Position numbers and translations under genes: made by a program
Source: Octopus sinensis
Taxonomy: Eukaryota
Assembly (NCBI RefSeq): GCF_006345805.1
Contig: NC_043006.1
Location: 558,001-622,000, forward strand
Direction of reading: 5' to 3'
DNA length: 64,000 nucleotides
In this document: in pieces, positions 1-34,460 of the stretch
Position numbering within the stretch: the stretch's first letter is position 1
Layout: each line of letters opens with the position of its first letter
Notes under the pieces: model-generated
What the model saw: only the letters and a program-made list of their open reading frames with translations
What the model was told of the DNA's origin: nothing
Databases searched by the model: none

Positions 1-393
1 AAAGTTTTGTCAGTGAACAGGTCGCGGATTTTAGCGACGAAAATATTTTGACAAATTAAACTTAAATGTTGAAGTGAATCTAACGGTTTTTGTGTGTTTC
101 TTAAATGGCTTATAAACGCCTTCCATGCTGTAATTGTTTTCGTTCCAGCACACGATCTCAGATCAGGTCACTTGCTATGCAAGTACATCTCCATAAAGTT
201 AAATCTTGTGATTGAAAACGAAATAGGAATGTGTAACATAAATTACGCAGGGACATGATGCATGGAGATGTGTATCATCAATGATGCATGTCCAGTGTAT
301 CTGATGTGATTCACAGGACAGGTAAAGAGTTTATAATTGAACAATCATCCCTATTCTTTATGTTGCTTCTTTCCCTTTGGTTATCTTCAATAG

Positions 394-19686
<19,293 letters not shown>

Positions 19687-21379
19687 TGGGTTGAAAAGAG
19701 TACCTGTACATATAATACAGTGAAGCAAAAGTAGTCAACACAAAATACATATATATATAGATTTTATTATAAACAATACCATGGCAAAATTCTACATTGC
19801 TCATAAGTATCATGAAATTCTGAAGAAACTTTCTCATGAGTCAAGTCATCAACCAAACTCATCTGTAAGAAAAACATCACTTAAAAAAAAAATTCAAAAA
19901 TGGATTAAGGCAATTTACCACAGACAAAATGCAAATTTATAATTTAAAAAAAAAATTATCAAAATATTTATTTTTAGAAAGATTCATGGACATTTTTTTT
20001 TCCACTCCAAGCAGCCTTAACAAGATGAAGAAAAAAAGATTTTATCATTTCGTAACTATATATTTTATTTCCTTTTTTTATTCACTCAAAATAAATATGT
20101 TTGTATACAACTAAGCACTTGTGTTTTACCTTTTGAAAACTGGTGGACTAAACTCACCAAAACGGCATTGTCTTACACTAATAACACGTTAAAGATTGCA
20201 ATCAGAACTTTAATCAATGTCACTGAGAAACCATTTCTTTTGTTCTAGCAGAGCCTGTGTCTAAGTGTATGGTAAGTGTATTTCTTTTTACCCAATAACT
20301 GCCTAGCCATCAATAGTTTATGTATATAAATAAACTTAATTTTGTCTATTGTAAATTAGTCATATAAGCAGCAGTTAACATGAAACTGAGAAGCAACAGA
20401 GTAATCTCAAGTCTACTTCATTTATTTGTTCAGACCTTATAATACTCTGTTGCTACTAAGAGTTTGTTGCCACGTGGAACACCTTCAAGCAAAGGATCCC
20501 ATGTAATGGGAAACTCTGGCTGGCGATGGGAATTATCAGCATTGAAGAAATATAAAGTATTACACTCATTGAATGTTTTCTCATTCTGTGTATATGTGTG
20601 TGTATATATGTATATATATAATTGGACAAATAACTGAAATGAAAGAGCTCTCCATAGGGCCAATAGCAAATAAACATAGTTACTCTGCATAAATATGTAT
20701 TAAGCACTTCTTTGAATAATGGTCTTCCCAGCCTCGCAATCAATGAATATCCAACCAACACACATCATCATCATCGTTTAACGTCCACTTTCCATGCTGG
20801 CATGGGTTGGACGATTTGACTGAGGGCTGGCGAACCAGATGGCTGCACCAATCTCCAATCTTGATCCAGCAGAGTTTCTACAGCTGGATGCCCTTCCTAA
20901 CGCCAACCACTCTGAGAATATATATATATATATACATACATACATACACACACGAATACATACATAATATATAGTGAGATTTCATTAAGACTATTAATAA
21001 ATAAACAGCAAACAAACACTCTATAAAATATAAATTGGATATATTACTGCTGTATATTTAAACTATAGTCAAAAAGTAAACCTCCCTGCTCTTCACCCCC
21101 CACCCCGTCACCACCGCCAGTTCTGAGTTCATGTCATGGGTGGTATTGAGTTTAACGGGTTCTATGGCTCTAGATATCACATTTTGTATGTCTCAATCCG
21201 AATGGCTACTGAGCAAAGAACGAAAGACTTATATGCTACATACACACATATATATAATACACATTAAAAAAAAAAACGAAAATCAGTGTTAAAAATGTCA
21301 CTTTGTTCAATGACTTTGAGTTTTATTGATTTTAAAAATATCATGTTTGGAGAGTATTTTGTAAGTGTAATAATGTTCA

Positions 21380-21620
21380 TCTTTATATGCATACATACAT
21401 ATATATATATATATATATTATATGCATGCATATATATATATATATATATTTATATGCATACATACATATATATATATATATATATTTATATACATACATA
21501 TATATTTATATGCATACATACATATATATATATATTTATATATTTATATGCATACATACATATTTATATGTACACACACACATACATAAATACACACACG
21601 TGTATGTGTGTATATATCTA
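21380..21620. repeat. TA/CATA compound microsatellite
   Basis: (TA)n and TATGCATACATA units. Confidence 0.9.
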
Positions 21621-21748
21621 TCTATTTTTCTTGGGCATTACGACACTAGTAATCTGGTTTAGCACTCAATACACGTATGCTTCTGAACGAAGCATTATTC
21701 AAGTACAGAGCAGAAATATTCCTTTGTCATCTCTTTTCTTACATAAAA

Positions 21749-21779
<31 letters not shown>

Positions 21780-23635
21780 ATGCAAAATAAAAATGTAAAA
21801 CTGTGAAAAAAAAAATAGTAAAAAATACATTTGATGAATTAAAACGTGTTCGTTTGAAAGTAATGAGCCGATAACATTTACTACACATATTTCTTAAAAG
21901 TGGGGTGGGTGTGGGGTAAAATATGCAGAACAGTTGTCTCGGTTGATTAGGACATAAGCTAACCCTAGCAATAAGAACAGGCATACAGGAAACACACACA
22001 CACACACACATGTGTGTGAATTGTATTTGTATGTGTATATATATATATATATATATATCTCTTTTACTCTTTTACATGTTTCAGTCATTTGACTGCGGCC
22101 ATGCTGGAGCACCGCCTTTAGTCGAGCAAATCGACCCCGGGACTTATTCTTTTGTAAGCCCAGTACTTATTCTATCGGTCTCTTTTGCCGAACCGCTAAG
22201 TTACGGGGACGTAAACACACCAGCATCGGTTGTCAAGCAATGCTAGGGGGACAAACACAGACACACAAACACACACACATACATATATACATATATACGA
22301 CGGACTTCTTTCAGTTTCCGTCTACCAAATCCACTCACAAGGGATTGGTCGGCCCGGGGCTATAGCAGAAGACACTTGCCCAAGATGCCACGCAGTGGGA
22401 CTGAGCCCGGAACCATGTGGTTGGTTAGCAAGCTACTTACCACACAGCTACTTATATATATATATAAATAAAATATTAATTAGAGATAAAACCACCATTA
22501 TGCAACTCAAACACTGATAGACATAAATAACAAATAATATATATTTTATAAAATATATTTTATTTGTTATTTATCTTTTGGTTTATGTCTATCACTGCTT
22601 GAGTTGCATAATAGTGATTTTATCTCTAATTAGTATTTTATATATTTATATTGTGAAATTTGACTTAATACTAAATTGAATTTTTCCCTGTAAGTTTGAA
22701 GTTATACTCCCAAATAGTTTGTGTATATATTATATATATATATATACACACACACACAAATAACTAAACATCTAACTTGAAGAAAGTTGTTTTGATTCTA
22801 ATGCTGTTAAGATGACTCACACACACTTTCTAGCACAAAAATAGTACATATAGGAGAAGTAGGGCTTTTTTTTTTTGGTCATTAAACAAACGTCTGCTTA
22901 TGAAAATACACATTTATGTGTGTATTTTATTTATATATATGTATATATGTATATATATATATATATGTATGTATGTATGTGTATTGTTCGCATGTATGTA
23001 TATATTTATATGAAAGCTGACCACAAAACATTTTAACAAGAGACTATACATTCAGATAAACAAAAAGTCTTAAGATTAAAATATACAAAGACACCACTGT
23101 ATACAGGTTTTGGTCCCTCTAAGGCAGGGGTGGGGGGGAACTTCATGCCTGTGGTGGCCAATATTTGCACATATTAAAATTTGAAACCACCCTTTGAAAC
23201 AGTTTCCAGCGTCTACAAACTTATGTTAGAAAATAGTTCAGACCTTAATTAAAGAACAGAACGTCAATTTAATGTTAAGTTGCATACCTGCGAATCTGTA
23301 AGATTAACGATTTGATTTTGTTTTGTTTTTTTCTTGGTGCAGGTGTGCAACTGTAGATTCTTATGTGCACTTGCAATTCATCCGTGGTTCCCCGCCCCAC
23401 TGCACAAGAGTGAGAATTTGGCATTAAGAACAAATAAAAGACAAAAAAAAAAGAAGAAAGAGGAATGATTGGTTACTTTGTATATGGTTTTAAATTCTTC
23501 AACCTGGTCTGCACATCGACTGCCAAATAACCCTGGGAAAGGAGAGGGCAGTTCGGTTAAGACAACGAATTTGTTGGCAAGTCACAAAGGGAGACTACAA
23601 GGAATACACCGACGAGGAGGAGTAGGAGGAGATGG

Positions 23636-23815
23636 TCAAGAATCCAAGGTGTTGTTGTTGGGTTGGTCACCTGTCAAATCCTCGTTTAGATTATCATTAG
23701 TCAGGTCACTGGCTTCAGAAGTATTTTTATTATTTTCAGTTGGAATGACATCACCAGGTAGCTCCAGATCTTCCTTCGCACTGTACTTTGTACCTTCATA
23801 TTTCTGTAAGTGTAC
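23636..23815 (-). CDS. SPG21: SPG21 terminal coding exon
   Basis: TTCCAG acceptor; [18 protein letters not shown]...NNNTLDS*; 180 nt. Confidence 0.92.
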   Translation of the reverse strand, partial: VHLQKYEGTKYSAKEDLELPGDVIPTENNKNTSEASDLTNDNLNEDLTGDQPNNNTLDS

Positions 23816-24131
23816 CTGGAATTTAGACAAATCACTTTTATAGAGATTACATTCTTGAAAAGTATAAAACAAGTCACGCTTTTATCACCATTATCAAAGC
23901 TTGTTGTAAACAAATTAAATATCATCCTTCAATAACATTGAACTCGTAACACTTTACTCTCTTTTACTCGTCTCAGTCATTTGACTGCGGCCATGCTGGA
24001 GCACCGCCTTTAGGACTTATTCTTTGCAAGCCTAGTATTTATTCTATCAGTCTCTTTTGCCGAACCGCTAAGTTATGGGAACGTAAACACACCAGCATCG
24101 GTTGTCAAGCAGTGTTGGGGGACAAACACAT

Positions 24132-24162
<31 letters not shown>

Positions 24163-27100
24163 CATATATACGACGAGCTTCTTTAAGTTTCCGCCTACCA
24201 AATCCACTCACAAGGCTTTGGTCGGCCTGAGGCTATAGTAGAAGACACTTGCCCAAGGTGCCATGCAGTGGGACTGAACCCGGATCCATGTGGTTGGTAA
24301 GCAAGATACTTACCACACAACCAGTCCTGTGCCTGAGCTTCTATGTGACAACCTGATCAGTAATCAATCAGTTTTGGTCTCGGAGAAATGAAAGTATTTG
24401 TTCAGCAAGTTCTGTAGAAATTTTTTATTTTTTTAATGTTTATTTTTTGCAGCTGAACAGTGGAAACACACACACACACACACACGTGTGGTTTTCATTC
24501 ATAAACATTACAATGCTTGAAGGAAAACATGCAGAGTTTGTAACAGTCTGTTCTATTCTCAATTATTTCGATATGCAGCTCAGCTTCACAAGCACTGATG
24601 ATTGCAGATCCACAGATCCATGCGCCTTCACATACAAAAACGAAGTACTATCTCTTTAATTGCTCTAAAGAGAGCAGGTATAGCTAACTTTGCGCTTAAG
24701 AAGTTTGGTTTGCAGTTTCATAGTTTCTGCTTTGATCTCACAGCCTTGGATCAACCAAAGCTTTGTGAAGAAGCCTGTTGGGGGAGATGTTCCTCTCCCT
24801 GAGTAGCAGACATTATTCATTGTCCAGTTTAACACTACCAGCTGTTGTCTTTGGGTGCCTTTAGTAGAGCCAATCCTATTGGAAACATTTACGTCTACTG
24901 TGTGAGCTTTGGAGAACCTGCTAAAAGGGTCATTGATGTTATTCTTCCATTTCTGATTCACCCTTTCATCATCATCATTGTTCAACCGTGGTCGAGGCAA
25001 TGGAATTTACTATGTTACGCCAGACCTCACGGTCCATCATAGCACTACGGAGGTCCTGTTGCTGGATGCCTGTATCCCTGGAGATTACATCAGGGTAGGA
25101 GAGTGTGTGCCCTCTGGTATCGCGAGCAGATGGCTTCCAGAGGAGAAGAGTAGAAATTACCTCGTTTTCAGCTCTACAACAATGTCCAGCAAACTGGACT
25201 CTTTTACCTTTCACAAGAGATGATACAGGTGGTAGTTTCCCATATATTTGCATTTTGGTTGGATGATGCTTCCACGAGAGATTTTGAGCTCTCATAAGGA
25301 GGCGAGTGTAAGTTCCATCCAACCGCCTGTCAAGCTTTTTTGATAATGTCCAGGTTTCTGAGCCATATAGTAGAATTGGTTTGACTGTGGCTTTGAAGAT
25401 TTTAGCATTCAGATTACCCTGACAAATGTGATGCTTATATATTCACATTGTTTTGAATTAATCATGGATTATCTCATAGCTTTGAGATTTCAGTGATGTG
25501 ACTATTTTTAAAGCGACATTGTAGAGTAGGTGTGAGAGGCCAAACCTGGTTGGTTTGAATATAAAACAGGTTGAACATCTGGGCTGGATTTGGCCAGATT
25601 TAGGATTAAAGCATAAGAAAAGAAAAAAAAAAAATGAAGTGACATTAGTGAAAAATTAAAAGCTAAAATACACACTGACCTTTATGAAGACATTCACTTC
25701 GGTACTACGGCTGAGATAGGGGAAATTGCCACCAGATTTTAAATGGGCTCTCTTAGCATTGGGGTAGCACTTGTACATTTCATCTTTGACAGCTTGTGAC
25801 AGGGCACAATGATCAAATACCTGAAGTTAAAAAAATATTGCCAGGAATCACAGTAAAATCATCACAACAAGGAAATGACCAAAAATACTCTTTAACCCTT
25901 TAAATGTGAAATTAAATTCCATGGTTATTCCAGTAATCATCATCATCATCATCGTTTAACGTCCGTTTTCCGTGCTAGCACGGGTTGGACGGTTCGACCG
26001 GGGTCTGGGAAGCCAGGGGCTGCTCCAGGCTCCAGTCTGATCTGGCAGAGTTTCTACGGCTGGATGCCCTTCCTAACGCCAACCACTCCGCGAGTGTAGT
26101 GGGTGCTTTTTACGTGCCACCTGCACAGGTGCCAGGGGGGCTCCGGCATCGGCCACGATCGGTTGGAGCTTTTAACGTACCAGTGGCACGGAAGCCAGCC
26201 AAGGCGGCGCTGGCAACGTTCGGATGGTGCTTTTTATGTAATGATGTTAAATATCTACCAAAATTGGAATCGGTGTTTTACTTCAAGACACGTCGTCTCA
26301 ATTAACTTGACATGTCTCAACAAAAATTAGTTTCAAACATGACATTCGTCAACAAAAGATAGAATGGTGTATAGAAGTAGTGTCTGCAGTCAGGGGTAAT
26401 GAAACTGAGTGGCTGCAGTAAAAGTGTTGTGGTTCTTTCTAAGAATTATGCAGGAATATTTTCTTTAAAAACTTTCTTCTTATTTGGCACTGACCACCTC
26501 TGATATTGGGGGAAGGTCCCTGTAGAGGTCTTTATTGATCACCCCCTGTTGCCGTTTGATATTCGGTGTGACTAGAGTTCACTTAGAGTTAAAAGAGCCT
26601 GGAAGGACTATTCTAGATATACTAGACATGACTGAATTGATGTATGAGAGATAAGAAAGACTAGAAACGCTATTTGGTCGGCCTGAGGCTATAGTAGAAG
26701 ACACTTGCCCAAGGTGCCATGCAGTGGACAGCAAAATATTAGAGAGAGGGGGGGGAGAATGCGATAGAGAGCATACTTACATCCATAATTGTTATGTCAA
26801 CCGGAAGAAGTTTCTGTGGTTCAATGTAACTGCTCATACAGTTTAGTGTGAGACGTGAAGCCAATACTTTCTGTGGAAGACTATCAAGCTGTAAAATAAA
26901 GAAGCCACACATATTTATTGATCCTCTGATTTGGAATTGGGAAAGACAAAGGAAAACTAGGAAGAGGAGAGAAAGAGATTTCAAGATTTTAAAAGAAGAA
27001 TGCAATAACACAAATCTCTCCATGTATCATATTTTCATATTAAAATCACAGCATCAGGTCTTTCAATGGTGTATATAGAAGAAGAATGAGTTTAGTTCAA

Positions 27101-27488
27101 TGCTGTTTCAATAGCATTCAAGTCTTTTTTACAGCCCTGCAAGCACTCTGCAGTATCAGTGAATGCATTATACACTGTTTCCTACAGATCAAAGTACAAA
27201 CTTCTTTTATTTGTGATGCTGTGTTCCATTAGTGACAGGTTTTACTTAGAGGAATAGTTACTTATTTGAAGCAGCAAAAGTTACTAACAAGGAGAAACAC
27301 TATTTTTGCTAGGTGGGTTTTCCCTAGTTTATGCAATATCATCAATTAATGGCCATTCTCCATGCTGGATTGGATGGTTTGACAGAAGCTGGCAAACCAG
27401 AAGACTGCACCAGGTTTCACTGTCTGTTGTGGCATGGATTGTACAGCTGGATGCCCTTCCTAATGCCAGGATGATCTTTCTAACATCA

Positions 27489-27520
<32 letters not shown>

Positions 27521-28722
27521 GGTCATCCCATAAATAATGCAGCTTTTTCAATTGCATGAACTAAAAGTTGGAGGGGAATGGGATAAACTACCTGCATCAC
27601 CTTCATATAAAAGCAGGTAGTAATTTTGCCTTGTCCTTATTCTTAGTGCAGGTTTTGAAGAGTGCAGTTCGATTTTAACAGCTATTTTTTTCAAAGTAAT
27701 AATGGAAGTGACAAAGGAGCATATTCGGCATATTTTGCTTTAGAGTTCAATAAAGGCAACAACACAATGGAAAATGTGAGGAATATTAATGCAGTATAGG
27801 GGGCAAAATCAGAAGATAAGCATAAGCCAGTGTCAACGGTGATTCCAGAAATTCTGAGCTGGAAACTACAGCCTAGAAGACAAGCCTCATCCTGGAAGAT
27901 CTGTAGAGCTTGACAAGGACATTCAACAAATCCTGGTGGAACAAAATCCCATTGTAACTGTTGAGGAACTAGCAGAGAAGCTTGGATTTGGTCATTCGAC
28001 CATTCATCGACACCTGTGTGTCATTGGAAAAGTCAGCAAAATGGGTGAATGGGTTCCTCACAAACTTTCCGAGTCTAATCACACACAGAGAGTGAATGTG
28101 TGCTCTTCTCTGCTGTCACATCTCATGAATGAACCTTTTTTGGACTGAATAGTAACTGGTGGTGAGAAATGAGTTCTCTATAAAAATGTCAAGCGCCGAA
28201 GACAGTGGGTAGGAAAAGAAGGAACGTCCCAGACTAAAGAAGGTCTTCACCTATGTAAGGTGTTACCTGTTTGGTGGGATATGAAAGGTTTAGTCCACCT
28301 TGAACTTTTAAGCCCAAACTAAAGGAAATCTACTGTGAGCAGCTTCAGTCAATGCTAGAAGAAAAACAACCATCTTTGGTTTCAAGATGAAAGGTGTTCT
28401 TCCATCAGGATAATGCTCAACCACATACAGCGAGGATGACATTCCAAAGGCTGGAGCAGTTTGAATGGAAAACGATGCCCCACCCACCATATCCACCAGA
28501 CATTGTTCCATCTGATTATCATTTATTTTACGACAAGGTCAGAACAGTACTGGAGGAGTATTTATCATCATGGAAATTTTGGAAGAGTTGCTGTGCAAGT
28601 CTACCAGACAGATGGAAGAGCATTGTAGAAAATGAAAGAGTGTATATTTTAGATTAAAAAAGAACTTTCTTTATTTTGAAAGATATAGGAAGTAAAAAAA
28701 AAACGGCATTATTTATGGGATA

Positions 28723-28764
<42 letters not shown>

Positions 28765-28956
28765 GGTCCCGGGTTGATCCGGGGTTAACCACAGTAAGTA
28801 AGGTACTCAATACATAGCAGAGTAAAATTAATTTATTATATAGAAGGAGCTTCTACAGGACTAGTACTGTTTCATTCAAGAGAAATCTTCAGGAAGATTT
28901 CTGAAGATTTCTCTTGAATGAAACAGTACTAGTCCTGTAGAAGCTCCTTCTATATA

Positions 28957-29000
<44 letters not shown>

Positions 29001-31295
29001 TCTTGTATAGTAAATTCTACTGTTAATTTTGATATATGAAGAGCTCACAGACAATAACCCCCACAGATGATTTGTTTTCAGTGGTGACGGCTTATATAGA
29101 ACCAGCTACACTTTCTGGAAATGCTGAAAGCAGAAAGATGGTGCAAATATTTGCCACAAACTCAAAGAACTACTATCTCAGACTTTTCTATTTGAATTCT
29201 TCATTTCCTTAGCTACAGCCTAGTAAGTAGGCTAAATGTGCACATGGGTATCAGACCAGAAACTTCTAAGTCCTTGCACACACATGTGATGGCTGTTGAC
29301 TTCTGTGTTAGCCGACCCCCTGATGGGTCATATTTCTCCTCTCACAGGGTGTCCAAAAAGCATCCTGCTCACCAAGCTAGGCTTGATGGTGGTGTTGGTT
29401 TAGTCATTGACAGCCCAGCCAAGTAACAGGTTGTACTGAGTTACATGTTACCAGCAGCACTCAAGAGACATGACAACTCAACATTTTGTGTAAATGTAAC
29501 CACTGAAGAGGTCACAAGAAGCAACGAAAATTTGAGAACAAAATAAGTAAATGAGTGGAAAGCAAACCAGTGAGTGTGTCAATTAATAAGGCATTAAAAC
29601 AGAATGACCTTCCCCAGACACAACAAAATATGCTTCAACACACGAATTCACATAAAGAATGAGGCAATGATAAGTGACTGAGACCTTTGGCGATGTGCTG
29701 TGCTTGAGAAGACCCATCAAGCCAAGTGAAATCATAGTTGTGGCTGATGCTGGTGTCACGTAACTGGTACCTGTGCTGGTGGCACATAAAAAGAACCCAT
29801 TACACTTTTGGAGGGGTTGGTATTAGTAATGGTGTCCAGCTGTAGAAACCATGCTGAATCAGACTGGATCCAGATGCAGCTGATGATGATGATGATGATA
29901 TATATATATATAGGACTATGAGTCCTTTCTTGATTTAAGAAAGCAAGATGTGATTTGAGGAAAATTTGGCTGTTATTTCCTGTAGCTTGAGCAACAATGT
30001 AAAGGTGTCACAACAATGATACAAACAATGTTCTGTTTCTTCTAAGAAAACATGTCTAGCCTTGGGTATGTGCTACCTAGCTTGGAAATGAGAGAGATTA
30101 GCAACAGAAAGGTCATCTGGGTGTTGAAAAATCTGCTTCAATAAACTCTATCCAATCCATATAAGAATGGAAAAGTGAATATTAAAACAACGGATGTGAA
30201 TATGTAGAGGTTTCATTATCATCATCATTTTAATGTACATTTTTCTATGCTTGCATGAGTCGGAATTTTCTGGGGCTGGACACCATCCCTGTTGCCAGTC
30301 CTGTTACAACACCATCATCTCTCCTTTGGGGGGAAGGGGTCTCTAGTGGAATCCATTCTGTTGTGAAAATTTGGACGTTTCCAGTCTGATGACAACTCAG
30401 TACATTGAGGCACAGCTTCCAACAGGAGCAACCCATGAATAATGCTTCTCTTTGGTAGTCTTGGAGAAACTGTAAAAGCCATAGCATTGTTCTTCCACCT
30501 CAATGAAAACCACAATAACAAAATGAAACACACGCACACACCTAAACAATACCACCTCAAAATAAAATTACAATATAGTCATAGATATAATACCTGAAAA
30601 CAAAAAAGGTGAGAGTCATGGGTAGAATGACTATCTTTCTTTATAGGTCTACTTGATCAGGGTTTAAGCTGAGGATTCAACAACGTGTCACAAATTGTTT
30701 TATTAAAAAAATAAATTAAAAGAGCTGAGGATGGCTTTCTGCATTCTATGATGACAATTTTTGGTTGCTATTAACAGAGAATATCGTTAAATAAATTTAA
30801 AGATAGTCAAATTAAAACAGCAGCAGCAGCAACAACAAGGACAAAAAATTTGGATTCAGACATGCAATAGTTAAAAACCAAAACCAACTTTGTCAACAAG
30901 GAAATCTATGGAATCAGCAATACTGGAATCCACCATTCCTTTTTGGAATGAACCGATAACCATCTTCTTCAGAAATAAAGCAGGCATCATCCAAAATCTG
31001 AAAATATAATACGAATATTATTAGTATATACATTAACGTTGTATATGATATAATAGTACGTATCATTTTTAGTATTATACACGTTAATTTAATTAAAGGT
31101 CTTTTATACATTTTTCACAGGATTATCTTGAAAATAAAACACATTTTAAATGATTCTTGGACCAGAAATGCTTTACAGCTGAAAGCCAATGGAACGAGCA
31201 TCTATTAGCAACCAATATCAACAGAAGTAAATGTAACTCATTAAATTCTGTGCCCAAGAATACAATATTTTCTGGCAAAATATTAAATTGTAATG

Positions 31296-31333
<38 letters not shown>

Positions 31334-34193
31334 GCAGCGGACTCGCGGTCGGAGGATCGCGGTTTCGATTCCCAGACTGGGCGTTGTGTGTGTTTATTGA
31401 GTGAAAACACCTAAAAGCTCCACGAGGCTCTGGCAGGGGGTGGTGGTGATCCCTGCTGTACTCTTTCACCACAACTTTCTCTCACTCTTTCTTCTGTTGG
31501 CCTGCTTGCTTAGCCAGCGGGGTGGAGTCATTTGAAGGCTAAAACAATGCGAAGCGCATTGTGACCAGCGATGTGTAGCAACATCTGATAGCCTGGTCAG
31601 TCACGGTGATCACGGTGATATATATATACATAGGCACATATATGGCTACGTGGTTAAGGAATTTTGTGTCCAAACCACACGGTTTTTGGGTTCAGTCCCA
31701 TTGCATGGCACCTTGGGAAAGTGTCTTCTACTACTTCATGGGCCAACTAAAAGCCTGAGTTGGAAATGAGGGGGAAAAAAACAGAGGTTGTTGAAGATTA
31801 AAGGAAGGGAGGTCAAAAAGCAAAAAAAAACCCAAAACAACCCCAAACTTACGTTGGTGCAGCAGACGTCTGTTGGAATATGGAAGTATCATTGAAAGAA
31901 TTACAAAGCATAAGGGAGGCAACTCTTGGTGAACGGGAAGTGTATTCGGCAAATTTCTGGGCAATGAAACCACCAAGCGAAGCTCCAAATATATGGACCT
32001 GCAGGAACAAAGGTAGAATTCAGTTATTTTACTGTTAAGTAACTCTTTGTTCATCGGTGGAAACAAGGAAAACTTTTGCAAGGTGTTTGTTGCCCACCCG
32101 TTATTACTCGAAATAAAGAGAATCGTAGAATTACTGCAACTATAATAATAATAATAATAATAATTGTGTACAGTGCTCAGGTGCACTACAACTCATCTAA
32201 AGTGTATATATAATCAGGTGTAGTTTCGGCGGATTTCGGAAAGCATGAGGGCCTTAAAGGATGCAGTGTCATGGCAGTCAACAACTGACGCAGGCAGTTT
32301 ATTCCACGCTTCAGCAACCCTGAGCGTGAAAAAATGTTTCCGAAAGTCATGGGAGCTGTGTTGTTTTCTGACTTTGTAGGCATGTCCACGTGTGTTAGAC
32401 ACATGGAGATCAAAAAGGTGTTCAGTGTTGTTGTTGGTGAGGTGGTTGATAACCTTGTGGGTGTTTACCAAGTCCGTCGCCAGACGCCGGAGCTTCAGTG
32501 AATCCATGCCCAGGGAAACAAGGCGCTCAGAATATGGTAGGTGTCTGATGGAGGGTATGCGTTGATGGCTTGCTTGTTGATGGACATGAATTACATGGGG
32601 AAGGTACCATAAATCTTCGAGTATAATCCGCATTTTCCCCCCAAATTTAAAGGTCAAAATCCCTAGTGCGTACTATATACGAGGTTAAAAATGAAAATTA
32701 TTTTCTAAGCAATGTCTGAGTCTATATATTTGCTGTCCGGCAATGTTTATTCAGACGCAATTTGTGATGTCGGGTGAGAAAATACCTTAAGCTAAGCCTG
32801 AAAGCAATGAAGTCCTAAAAGAATCATCCATAACTTGCAGTAAGCAACATTTATTAAACGTTATTACTGTTATTTCTTTATTTTCTGCAAACAAAATGCA
32901 CAAAAAAGCTATACGTTTGCATTATGTTATATATACAATAATAATAAAGGACGTTACCGTACACATTTTTACAAACCAAGGACGTTATATAGACCTCCTT
33001 GACTCAAGTTAGAGAAGAGGTGCGTATTATACACAAGGTTTAAGTTTTTCAGAGGTACAGCCCCCTAAAAATTCCCTGCGTATTATACTCAAGGGTGGAC
33101 TATACTCGAGGATTTACAGTATATAAGGTTTCTTGGAGATGTATATAAGCTCCCTGTAAACCTGGCTTTAAAAAATGTATATATACACAAGGGACCTTCT
33201 CCCTATATGTGCATGAGTCTACAAATGGATCCTTAGGCACAAAATCTTCGTGGATATTATTCTAGAACTCTTAGACAATTGTCGCAGAATTTCTTTGAGA
33301 GAAAAGCTGCAGTGTTTGATGTTAGTAGAAAGGTAGAGAGGAGAGAGAGAGAGAGATTGTCATTTTTAGCCATTGGAGATTCTTATAGGTTTGAAATGTC
33401 TTTCAGATTTGAAGAGTTTGTGTTTGCAGGGAAGAACCTAACTTAGAGTTACGATTTAGTTTAGGATTCAGTGTGACACAGTTGGCAAGGTTTGTTGCTT
33501 GCTTGGTATGGCTGGGCATGGGATAATACTTTTCCATTAACACAAAATGGACTACCTTTTTAGTAAACATAGACACTTAGTTCCTGGTGCAACTCTTTGG
33601 TTTGACAGTTCTGTCGAACTGTCCAACCCATGCCAGTATGGAGAATGGATGTTAAATGATGAGATTGATATTGGTAATTCCTGTCTCTGATTTAAGATGC
33701 CATCCTCTAACGAGTATTAAGAGTAACTTCTCTGGGCAAAGTTCACATCTCAATCTTCCTACTTAATACTGACCATTCTAAATCATACTTGTTACCCTTG
33801 GGACCTGATGTGAATAATTACAACAAAGTGAATCTCAGTGTCCTTTTTGTGTGCAGAGTTTCTGACAGACCATGCTTTTGTTTTGCAGGGCTCAAATCTC
33901 ATTTGTGGATCCATGAAAAATGAAGCTCCACCAACAACTCTGCTGAGATATCTGTGCACACCTGTCAATGCTGTGTATGCCATAAGGTCTGCAAATCTAA
34001 TAGAGGCCCCAGAAGACATTTTAAGATCCACAAAAGATCAGGACTGAATTGCATCTCTTGGTGGTCCAAATCAGGTACGCAATCTATGTAGATGTCTTTT
34101 CAATACATTGTCTGGTTTAAAAAGCCACATCAGATGCCATGATGGATCTATGGTGTAAGAAGTGGTCAGACTTGCATAAGGAGTAGACAACCA

Positions 34194-34227
<34 letters not shown>

Positions 34228-34419
34228 ACCGTTCGCCATGATAAATTGCTAGCCACTACACATTCTCTATTTTCTCTTCTTGTTTCTTCCTGTGGAAGAG
34301 CGTTGGCTTGAAATGTTAAAGACATTTTCACTTCCCGAGCATTAAACTAATACATCTGTTTGTTGTCTACACCACCTGTTTTTGTCTTTTGTTTTTTTTG
34401 TGAATTCTCCCCCTATATT

Positions 34420-34460
<41 letters not shown>

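Noticed and set aside
24665-25042. ORFs on both strands in the SPG21 last intron
   Set aside because: No recognisable homology, and they partly overlap an RTE tail.
30245-30520. GC-richer segment with two open frames on the minus strand
   Set aside because: No recognisable motif and no convincing splice pair; it could be a decayed retroelement, but this cannot be supported by eye.
30914-31111. Supplied ORF ending [16 protein letters not shown]
   Set aside because: It is the wrong frame of SPG21 exon 5.
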